From contig OZ024758.1 in NCBI GenBank assembly GCA_964016885.1, positions 25,296,001-25,360,000 on the forward strand: DNA of 64,000 bases, read 5' to 3'. Both the position numbers and the translations under genes were made by a program. Of the stretch, positions 53,472-64,000 are shown piece by piece; positions within the stretch are counted from its first letter, which is position 1, and every line of letters starts with the position of its first letter. Origin of the DNA: Eledone cirrhosa (lineage: Eukaryota). Under the pieces are notes generated by a model. That model was not told the origin of the DNA and made no database searches. It saw nothing but the letters and a program-made list of their open reading frames with translations.

Positions 53472-53922
53472 TAAAATAAAATAAAATAAATAAGTCAAAT
53501 GTTTAAAATTTGGCTTCGTTTATTACTGCTATATATATTTCGGTGACAGCCATCTTTGGCTGTGACCTCTTCAGGCAGTCCGAATTAGTGTGGTAGAGAC
53601 GAGTACACATGTTGTTGAGGTGTATAACTTTGTCAATACTCTGATATGCCCAGTTCCTGGTTGGGTTGTTATTTCACTGAGGAACTGGAATCATATCGAT
53701 ATGATTCCAGTTCCTCAGTGAAATAACAACCCAACCAGGAACTGGGCATATCAGAGTATTGACAAAGTTATACACCTCAACAACATGTGTACTCGTCTCT
53801 ACCGCACTAATTCGGACTGCCTGAAGAGGTCACAGCCAAAGATGGCTGTCACCGAAATATATATAGCAGTAATAACGAAGCCAAATTTCAAACATTTGAC
53901 TTATTTATTTTATTTTATTTTA
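53472..53922. repeat. near-perfect spacerless palindrome, ~225-bp arms, HHR on each strand
   Basis: Centre catatc|gatatg at 53697/53698. Confidence 0.9.
53816..53870 (+). ncRNA. type-I hammerhead ribozyme, canonical (mirror copy 53525-53579 on minus)
   Basis: actgc CTGAAGA ggt-c-acagcca aaga tggctgt-c-acc GAAA tatata TA gcagt. Confidence 0.8.
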
Positions 53923-53940
53923 TATATATATATATATATA

Positions 53941-56328
53941 GTATAAAAGAGAAAACACAGGTAAGCATTAAGAGAAGGATTTTATCCAGGTATTTACGAC
54001 CGTTTCATTGCTAAGTGCAACCTTATATTGCTATACTGCAAATAGCAGCCACTCAATTATAATTGTTGTTCACAGTCCAAATTTTCAAAATAGTGAGTAA
54101 GTTACTCTTGAAATAATTCTTAATATATAGAGAAAAACATTTATTTGGAATTGTATTTACTAGTATAGAGAGATGGGAATCAGAAGGCGAGGGGACAAAC
54201 GGAATAGTATAGAGAGAGAGAGAGGGGGGAAGGGGGAAGAGTTAGGAAGTAGAGTGATAAACTGAGATGGAGGGAAGGGGTAGAGGTGGAAGGATTGGTT
54301 GATCAGTTTTGATATTCAGACTTCATGTCGTGGAATGTAGTGAGTTAAAGAGAATTAAATTGATCATAGTGGGAGGGATGGATAGAGAGAGAGAGAGGGG
54401 GGGGGGCGATATAAAGAGATAAATATATATATAAAAAATAAAGATAAAGATAATAATGACAAAAATAAAAGCAAAGAAGGGGGGAGAAAGAAGAAAAGAA
54501 AAGATAGCCAAGAAGGGTAGGGAAGGAAGGAAGAAAACGAAGAAATAGAAGAGGAATGAAGGAGAAGGGGGGATATAGGTATTGGTTTTTGTGGGTAATT
54601 AAAAGGGTTTAGATACAACAAGAGGGTATAAAGTCTAAGTATATGCAGTTTGTCAGTTGGTGGTAAGAGGTTAAGGGTTCGATTTGCACTTGTAGTGCGA
54701 AAACTTCTCTTTGAGTCTATGGTTACAATAAATTGATCTTTCGATTTTATTGTTGAGTAACTTATTCTTCGAACTCAAGATGTAGAACAGCTCAAGGTCG
54801 CATAATCGACAGCTTCTCGTACCACTCCGATATGGGGGCGCGTTCGATAGTTTTTTCCACTTCAGGGTGTATTGATGGTTACTTTCCCTCAGTTGCCAGG
54901 TCTTGTTTGCAAGGGTAGTTACATAACGTTTCTGGGAATGTTTCATTGCGTAACGGTGTGTATACCAACGGGCTTTAAATGTATTCCCAGTCGCTCCGAT
55001 GTAATACCATTTCTGGTTGTCTGATTCCACTGTGCATTGGTAAACCAGGTTAGACTGCATACATTCATTATGTAATGGACAGGTTTCAGGTAGGTGGCAA
55101 TTACAATTCTTGTCATGGGCAACTTTGGTATTATTGGTGGGCTGCGATGCCTGTACAAGTGTGTTACGTTTTGTTTGCCTATTAGCGGGTGGTTGTGTAT
55201 TAGATATTCTGTTGTGTTCAATGGTGATTGTATTGTTATTGTTGTAAATTTGTGTTTTGGTGTTGTTATGTATCTTTTTAGCGTTAAGCATCTTAATGTG
55301 TGCCTCTATGTTTGGTGCCGTGGAGTAAGATAGTCTAATAGATTTAGTGTTAAGGATTTTGCTGTATCTATGTGAATCTGGAAAGTGCTTATTTATTATT
55401 CTAAAGAAGATAGAGGGTAGGTTAGTACTAATAGAGGTGTTAAATATGGGGTTATACCAAATATATTTTCTACTACGTGACTTGTTTGATTTCGATGTTG
55501 TATTTCTATTTACCGTATACTTTGTAGTTCTATGCGTGTGTGCGTGTGTTTCCGGAGTTTGTGTTATGCGTGTTCGTGTGCGCTTTACGGAGGCTTTCAT
55601 CTATATATTCCACTCTATCTAAGTGGCCTGCCTTGTCTAATGCGGTATTGTAGTATTCTGCATGTTCTTCGAAGATTTGCCGGTTAGATGAGAGGCGGGA
55701 GATCCTAAGGGATATGCTGCGTGGAATGGATTTAATTATTGATAGTGGGTGGTTTGAGTTACAGTTGATGTATGCTAAGTTTTCATTAATCTTGTGAAAA
55801 GGTCTTGTAAGTCCCGTATTTAGGTTAAGCGTCGCGTCTAGAAAGTTAACTCTTTTAGTGCTATACTCATACGTTATGCTAAGGCCTAGTTTCCCGAGAG
55901 TCTTTCTAATATTCTTACGGAGTCTTTCTATGCTCTGGTTATTTAGGTTCTTAACTAGGAGGAGCGCGTCGTCTCTGTAGATTCCACCGTGAAGGTCGCT
56001 AAACTCACTTTGTAAACTATGGGCTAAGTAAATAGCTACTAAATCTGTGACTTGAGCCGAGTCGTTAGCCCCCATCGTGATGTCAAAGTTATTTAATCTA
56101 TCCTTACGTTCCCAATAGGCGTTTTCAAATTTAATTATTGTTTTCCTGTCAGCTAATATGATTTTTATCTCGTCGTCTGTTATGTCAGAATTGGCTTCGG
56201 CGAATGCTAAGGCTTTATCCAAGGTGTTGGGGGATATAGATGAGTAATAATCGTTAATGTCAAATTGTATAAATGAAACTGGCTTTCTTAACCACGAACT
56301 GGATCACAAAAAGCAATTTTCTGCTTCC

Positions 56329-56333
<5 letters not shown>
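53941..56333 (-). mobile_element. Penelope-like element, 5'-truncated, in (TA)n
   Basis: RT + GIY-YIG coding region at 54671-56303 followed by a ~730-nt pyrimidine-rich 3' region; TA tracts on both sides. Confidence 0.9.
54671..56303 (-). pseudogene. PLE reverse transcriptase - GIY-YIG endonuclease, one frameshift near 55530-55600
   Basis: FIQFDINDYYSSI, MGANDSAQVTDLVAIYL, GIYRDDALL, VNFLDATL, SNHP, IWYNPIF, CNCx5CPL, LVYQC..YIGAT..FKARWYTH, CRLCDLE..LLN..CNH. Confidence 0.9.
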
Positions 56334-56384
<51 letters not shown>

Positions 56385-56769
56385 CCACGAAAAAGCCATA
56401 AAAAATCGCGGAAGATATTTACGATTCCGCGAATATCCGGTGGATTCCATCAATGGTTAGGTTCTAAGGGAAATCACGCGAGACCGCAAATGCCGGGAGT
56501 AAACTGTATCTGAAAGAATGTTTGTTTCGTTATGAAATTTAAGAATGTTCCTATTTGTATTGTACTCTGGTGTCTGCTGGTGAACTTTATTCTTTGAGGA
56601 ATCATTGTCATTCATAGATTTGCCAAGGGCCATTAGCGACCCGAATGGAGCCGTTTCTGGGACTTTACCTCCTGTTTTATAGTACTTCACAGTAACTAAC
56701 ACATAACAGATATACTAATACACATATACTGTATATACTGTATATACATACTGATGGTTATTACCCTGT

Positions 56770-57960
56770 ACACACATACAAACATACACATATATGTATA
56801 TATACATATATGCACACACATTCATACATACGTACATACGTACTTACGTACATACGTACGTCCATTCATCCATACATACAAACATACACATATATGTATA
56901 TATATACACACATATGTATATATACACACACATTCATACATACGTACATACGTACTTACGTACATACGTACGTCCATTCATCCATACATACAAACATACA
57001 CATATATGTATATATATACACACATATGTATATATACACACACATTCATACATACGTACATACGTACTTACGTACATACGTACGTCCATTCATCCATACA
57101 TACATACAAACATACACATATATGTATATATATATATACACACATATGTATATATACACACACATTCATACATACGTACATACGTACTTACGTACATACG
57201 TACGTCCATTCATCCATACATACATACAAACATACACATATATGTATATATATACACACATATGTATATATACACACACATTCATACATACGTACATACG
57301 TACTTACGTACATACGTACGTCCATTCATCCATACATACAAACATACACATATATGTATATATATACACACATATGTATATATACACACACATTCATACA
57401 TACGTACATACGTACTTACGTACATACGTACGTCCATTCATCCATACATACATACAAACATACACATATATGTATATATATATATATACACACAGATGTA
57501 TATATACACACACATTCATACATACGTACATACGTACTTACGTACATACGTACGTCCATTCATCCATACATACATACAAACATACACATATATGTATATA
57601 TATACACACATATGTATATATACACACACATTCATACATACGTACATACGTACTTACGTACATACGTACGTCCATTCATCCATACATACAAACATACACA
57701 TATATGTATATATATACACACATATGTATATATACACACACATTCATACATACGTACATACGTACTTACGTACATACGTACGTCCATTCATCCATACATA
57801 CAAACATACACATATATGTATATATATACACACATATGTATATATACACACACATTCATACATACGTACATACGTACTTACGTACATACGTACGTCCATT
57901 CATCCATACATACATACAAACATATATGTATATATACACACACATTCATACATACGTACT
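56770..57960. repeat. ~120-bp minisatellite built from TACA/TACG/TA units
   Basis: Marker cgtacttacgtacatacgtacgtccattcatcc recurs ~10 times. Confidence 0.9.
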
Positions 57961-58273
57961 TACGTACATACGTACATCCATTCATCCATCCATCCATACA
58001 TACGTACGTACGTACATACATATATGTACATGCATACACTCGTATACACACACACATATACACATACGTATACACACCTACATATATACATACATACGTA
58101 CATACACACATACATATATACGTACATACATACACACATACATACACACACACACATATAGGTACATACGTACACATACATACATACATACGTACGTACA
58201 TACATGTATGTACATGCATACATTCATATACACACACATACATACATACGTATACACACCTACATATATACAT

Positions 58274-59118
58274 GGTGGTGGCTGCCAACTCGTTTTCGAG
58301 TACGGCCACTACTTTATATCCATGTAGGAGAACCCCTACCGATGCACTGAACGAGTGTGGCTTTTTAGTCCAGCCAGCGACTTGAAAACTCTGGTACAAA
58401 CACTACACTTGTGACAATTATTGACACCTAGTGCTGGGCCCATGGTACCATGTGACCCTAGGTGTCGTGTGAGATCACTACTCGACCTGCATACCCTTCC
58501 ACAAACATCACATGTCGTCTGATGAACACTTATAGCTCCACAGGTGCCTGCTTCCCTGTTCTTGTGCACTCTCAGGTGACTCTTTAGACCTGCCATGCTC
58601 AGACAAACCCTATTACAGGTCTCAAATGTCAGGTCAGGCCGTCTGTCAGTGCCTTCGGGAAGGCCAACATGGATTCCTTTCCGGACATCTCTTTTTAGTG
58701 TCGCGTGCGTTCGTCTTGTTTCCTCAAATAGACTCTTGCCACTAGCCACTGCTTTCCTCCAATGCGACCGGTCGCTAGCGCATGCTTCCCAGTGCTCACA
58801 AGGGATGTTACTTTTCTTGAGCGCCCCCTTGATGCAGTCCTTAAAACGCATCTTGGGTTTGCTGGCGTTCCTTTTTCCCATTTGGAGCTCGCCATAAAGC
58901 AGCTGCTTCGGCATTCGCTTGTCATTCATCCTTACAAGATGGCCTGTATAATCTGTAATGCTCGCGTGGGCCGTGATTGTGAGACCTGGAGAGCTCTGGG
59001 CAAGCATGGGGTCGGAAAGTGCAATGGCAATGGACTCTTGTTATTGCAAATGTGCACTGAGCTGGACTTGTTCATTGACAGCACTATGTTCCAACAGAAG
59101 GACAAATACAAGACAACA
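58274..59118 (-). mobile_element. RTE LINE family 2: 3' end with C2H2 fingers joined to an inverted endonuclease segment
   Basis: Minus: GHLVRMNDKRMPKQLLYGEL...DRSHWR...C2H2 motifs (58274-58945). Plus: NARVGRD..LGKHGVGKCNGNGLLLLQMCTELDLFIDSTMFQQKDKYKTT (~58955-59118). Confidence 0.85.
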
Positions 59119-59446
59119 TATATACACACGTACATACACACACATACATATACACACACACATAGGTACATGCGTACACACACATACATACATACGTAGT
59201 ACATACCTGTATGTACATGCATACATTCAAATACACACACATACATATATACATACATACGTACGTACATACATGTATGTACATGCATACATTCATATAC
59301 ACACACACATACACACATACATACGTACACACACCTACATATATACATACATACGTGATTACACACATACATATATACGTACATACATACGCACACATAT
59401 ACACACACACATAGGTACATACGTACACACAGATACATATATATAT

Positions 59447-60052
59447 GGTGGCTGCCAACTCGTTTTCGAGTACGGCCACTACTTTATATCCATGTAGGAG
59501 AACCCCTACCGATGCGCTGAACGAGTGTGACTTTTTAGTCCAGCCAGCGACTTGAAAACTCTGGTACAAAGACTACACCTGTGACCATTATTGACACATA
59601 GTGCAGGGCCCATGGTACCATGTGACAAGTGCAGAGAGATCTCCAGATATAAAGCAATGCCTGTGCTGTGAAGCTTTTATAGTGAGCAAAGGCACTACAC
59701 AAAGCCAGTCCCACTCTCTTAACCAAGATGATATTTACCAAAAAAGAAGAACAATTCAACATCATTGGATACCATCAGGGTTGCAGGTGTTATATCAGAG
59801 TTTTCCTTCTCCTAGAATTCTGCCTTGACAAAGGCTAAGGGGTCATCTCTCCCGGTGATTTTGGATGGCTATTGAGTCTTAAGAGCTCCCTTGCCCTTTG
59901 ACAGGTTTTGTTTTTAGTCCTGCAGGATGTCCAAAGTCACCCTCCTCACCAAGAAACCTTGGTGGGGTTGCCAGTTTAGTCGCCAACGACCCGACCATGA
60001 GACAGGTTGTACTGGGATACATGTTACCAGTAGCACCAACTGGTGACCTGAC
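59447..60052 (-). mobile_element. bipartite non-autonomous RTE derivative (5'UTR + 3' end)
   Basis: The 3' ~180 nt equals the family 2 end; the upstream part holds the RTE 5'UTR-like motif GGAGAAGGAAAACTCTGA (59795-59812); a short tail-only copy lies at 61527-61606 (+). Confidence 0.7.
59971..60052 (-). ncRNA. possible HDV-like ribozyme remnant
   Basis: ccagt aca acc tgtctcat ggt cgggtcg ttggcga CTAA actgg: P2 and P3 pair, J4/2-like CUAA; the P1 5' strand is absent. Confidence 0.35.
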
Positions 60053-60391
60053 ATATATATATACATACATACGTACATACACACGCACATAATACATATA
60101 TATACACACACATACATTCATACATATATACATATATACAAACACACACATATACATGCTTATTTACATACATATACACACACATACATACACACGCACG
60201 AACATACATACATATTTGCATATACAGATACATACATATGCTTACATTTACAAACATACATACACATATGCATACATTCACATACGCACACACACACACA
60301 CATATATACTCATACATGAACGTGCGAACACGTCTGTGAGATGTGCCAACATATTAGAAACACATGTTATGCCACTTACACATACATACAT

Positions 60392-60471
<80 letters not shown>

Positions 60472-60708
60472 ACTTACATACATACATTCATACATACATA
60501 CATTATACACACACACACATACATACGTACTTACATACATCCATACATACATACATACATATATACATACACACATACATGCATACACATATACATATAT
60601 ACATACATACACACACACCTACATACATACATACATACACACATACATACCTACGTACTTACATACATACATACATTCATACATACATATATATATACAT
60701 TACATACA

Positions 60709-60739
<31 letters not shown>

Positions 60740-60784
60740 CATACATACATACATACATACATACATACATCCATCCATCCATCA

Positions 60785-60815
<31 letters not shown>

Positions 60816-61730
60816 CATACATACATACACATACATATACACATACATACATACACATATACATATATACATACATACACACACACCTACATACATACAT
60901 ACACACATACATACCTACGTACTTACATACATACATTCATACATCCATACATACATACATATATATATACATACATATATATATACATACATACATATAC
61001 ATACATACACACACACACACCTAGATACATACATACATACATACACACACACATTCGTACATACATATATACATACTTACACATACATACATGTTTATAT
61101 ATAGACGTTTTATGGATAAGAAAGAGTATGCGTTTATGTTATGTTGTGTATATATATATATATGTATGTATATAAGTATGTATGTTATGTATGTATGTAT
61201 GCATGCATGTATGTATATATGTGTGTATGTACGTACGTACGTATTTGTGTATGTATGTATGTTATGTATTATGTGTGTATGTACGTACGTACATATGTAT
61301 GTATGTGTGTATGTGGGTATATATGTGTATATGTACGTATGTTATGTATGTATGTAAGTTATGTATGTGTGTATGTAGGTATGTATGTGTGTATGTACGT
61401 ATGTATGTGAATGTATCGAGGTATGTATGTGTGTATGTACGTATGTATGTAGGTATGTATGTGTGTATGTAGGTATGTATGTGTGTATGTACGTATGCAT
61501 GTAGGTATGTATGTGTGTATGTATGTACTCGTTCAGCGCATCGGTAGGGGTTCTCCTACATGGATATAAAGTAGTGGCCGTACTCGAAAACGAGTTGGCA
61601 GCCACCATGTATGTATGTATGTAGGTATATATGTGTGTATGTACGTAATGTTATGTATGTATGTATGTATGTAGGTATGTATGTGTGTATGTACGTAATG
61701 TTATGTATGTATGTATGTATGTATGCGTAT
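60053..61730. repeat. (CA)n/(TACA)n field followed by oppositely oriented (TATG)n field
   Basis: Direct; strand switch near 61100-61140. Confidence 0.9.
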
Positions 61731-62743
61731 TAATGACAGTTCAGATATTTCATTTGACGGGTTTAAAATTACAATGGAGTTTAAAGAAAAAAAGGGGGTA
61801 AATGAACTGATAGAACGACTCTCACACAGACATTAGGGAAGAGGTTGTCTGATTGAAGGCAGCAGCTTCAATGTTGACCGACCTTAACTTTGTCACCTCC
61901 CCGTCTGTCTTATCCTTTCTAGAACTTTCATCGGGGAATCCGGTGTGTGAAAGCAGCTTGGCTGAGAGCTTTTTTTTCTTCAAGACACCCAGATTCGCAA
62001 CTGAATTCTTAACAGAAGTTCTCTTTTCTCTCTCTTTTTGTTATTCTATCTTTTATTCTGTCTGTCTTTGTTTTTAAATCCAGAAAGCAACAGCTATAAT
62101 GGAACCATACATACATATATAAGGACCTTGTTTCAAAGGGGTACCAGGGGACAAGCCACTTCCGCCCCCCTACTTTTTCAAACCTCTATATTTTATTTTT
62201 TGTTTATTTGATATAATTGTTTCTATTTTTGGCACAAGACCAGCAATTATCCCAGAGCATTACTGGTACTTTATTTTATCGACTCCGTAAGAATGAAAGG
62301 CAAAGTTAGCCTCGGCGGGATTTAAACTCAGAACGTAAAGAGCCATGGCTCTGTGCTGCAAAGCAGGGTGTCTAATACTCTACCGATACTGCTGCCAAAT
62401 ATTTGTCCAAAACACCATGCAGTGGATCGAACCCTAGACCTAATGATTACGAAGTTAACTAACTCTTCAAATGCCATAGTAACATAATAATTTTTGTACT
62501 TACAGACGAGATTTACCAGACGATAGGAGTAATCATTTAGTGTTGGAGGAGAAAGACTAACCAAACAATGTATATACGTAGTAATTATTGGATAAAGTTT
62601 CGGTTATACAGCATAAATCAACATCTACATAATCTATTGAAATATTTATAACTACTTAAAACTGTGCATTGCATTACATCAGTCTAATTGAATTACACTG
62701 GAGAAATTCTGCAACATCTCCAGCGATTACATACAAGTCAATA

Positions 62744-63121
62744 CAGTTGTTCCCTCGTATTCGCGGGTGTTACGTTCCCAGAGCACCCGCGAAGAGTGAA
62801 AAACCGCGAACATTGGACGTGGTCCGTAAAAATGCCTATAAACGTCAAATTATAAAGTAAAATATCATAAAAAAGAAGGAGCGTCTTATGCGAAGGGGCA
62901 TCTTATGCGAAGGGGCGTCCAATAGTCCGGCAAATATGGTATATTGTTATTAATAATTTTAGCGTTAAAAAATATATAAATTGCCCCGAAAAAACCCATA
63001 AAAAATTGCGGAAGATATTTACGGCCCCGCGAATATGCGGTGGTTTCCACGAGCAATTATTAGTTAGGTTCTAAGGAAAATTCCGCGAATAACCGGGACC
63101 GCGAATGCCGAGTGCACACTG
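62744..63121 (+). mobile_element. intact Tc1/pogo-type MITE, TA TSD
   Basis: TA CAGT...ACTG TA with imperfect TIRs. Confidence 0.75.
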
Positions 63122-63150
63122 TACTCCATATTTTCTTAGAACGTTTACAA

Positions 63151-63255
63151 CAGAGATTCTCAAACTTTTGGGGCTACCGCCACCCTCACAGCCACGTAAT
63201 ACCCTCAGCGCTCCCAACCGTATTTCCAGAGAGACCTGCCTACACACAAATTGTA
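63151..63255. mobile_element. hAT-like MITE end
   Basis: cagagattctcaaactttt...; reverse-complement homolog at 46270-46372. Confidence 0.55.
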
Positions 63256-63365
63256 AATAATATATAATAAATGAAATCGTTAATTTATATATAATACATA
63301 TAATATATATACTATGTATAAATAAATATTATATAGTTTTTATTTTACTATATTTATATATAATA

Positions 63366-64000
63366 CTAGCAGTGGTACCCGGCGTTGCACGGGATAAGGT
63401 ATTTTGGAACGCGGGCCGCCAACAGACCTAATCGTGGAAAAGGTGCATGCCTGGACAATATGTAAAGAAAATAAACAGAATACTCTGATGGCTGGGTAAT
63501 CTTTAAGATTTTACTCGCAGAAGCAGGAAAAATGCAGGTTTTCATCTAATGTGAGCCCTAGGGGATCAAGAAAATGAATTTTTTTTTATGTGCATAATAT
63601 GCCTTGAAATTTCGGGAAAATCAGCTAGACGTAACGCCTCAAAAGAACCCTAAAAAGCTGAAAAAATGAAGTTTTTCACTTAATGCGGGCCCTAGGCCAT
63701 AAAAAAAGTTGGATTTTCTTTGCTCACGGTATGAAGAAGAGACTGGCTAATACATAGTTACAATTTCAAGGAAATCGGTCTGACGTAACGCCTCACAAAA
63801 ACCCTAAAAACCCGAAAAAACGCAGTTTTTCACCTAGGGGATCAAAAAGTTGAATTTTTTTATGCGCATAACACTCCCCGAAACATAAGTAATACACATG
63901 TAAAGTTGGGTACTTCTCGAGTTTTAGGGATTCAAACACACACACACACAGACAGAGATCCTCAGGGAAGTGACGTAATGCAGACAGCCAGGTATACAGA
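63366..64000 (-). mobile_element. non-autonomous Helitron-type element, 3' end
   Basis: Minus strand ends cccgtgcaacgccggg-taccactg-CTAG-T (hairpin + CTAG); internal repeats and a (CA)n/(CAGA) tract. Confidence 0.7.

Larger units (their letters stand above)
52403..56506 (+). mobile_element. Tc1/pogo-type MITE split by ~3.76 kb of nested PLE insertions
   Basis: Left half 52403-52620 and right half 56381-56506 align consecutively to the intact copy at 62744-63121. Confidence 0.85.

Noticed and set aside
56510-56702. possible host exon (81-aa ORF)
   Set aside because: No recognisable motif and no convincing splice-site pair; cannot be excluded without RNA-seq.
61830-62077. ~70-codon open frames on both strands
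   Set aside because: No start or acceptor support and no recognisable homology.

Overview
This is AT-rich, microsatellite-saturated animal DNA; the SINE/LINE/MITE inventory looks like a coleoid cephalopod (octopus-like), which is an inference. I found no convincing host protein-coding exon, and nearly all long ORFs in the track are translated micro/minisatellites. Mobile elements: a 5'-truncated but frame-intact RTE LINE (16659-19463) with a PHD-type Zn finger after the RT core, fragments of several other RTE families, a CRE-like RLE fragment, and a frameshifted Penelope-like element (PLE; RT + GIY-YIG, 53941-56303). There are also two abundant tRNA-derived SINE families, piggyBac-, Tc1/mariner- and hAT-type MITEs, a Helitron end, and satellites derived from these elements. 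The most notable signal is non-coding: more than a dozen type-I hammerhead ribozyme (HHR) motifs, intact or decayed, from several unrelated sequence families. They are mostly embedded in (TA)n tracts and often lie in long fold-back palindromes. One ~590-bp family occurs as circularly permuted partial tandems and carries the compensatory U3-A8 core (UUGAUAA) with a palindromic stem III, making it a retrozyme-like candidate. A non-autonomous bipartite RTE derivative with a possible HDV-like ribozyme remnant is also present. All folds were read by eye; none was computed or tested.
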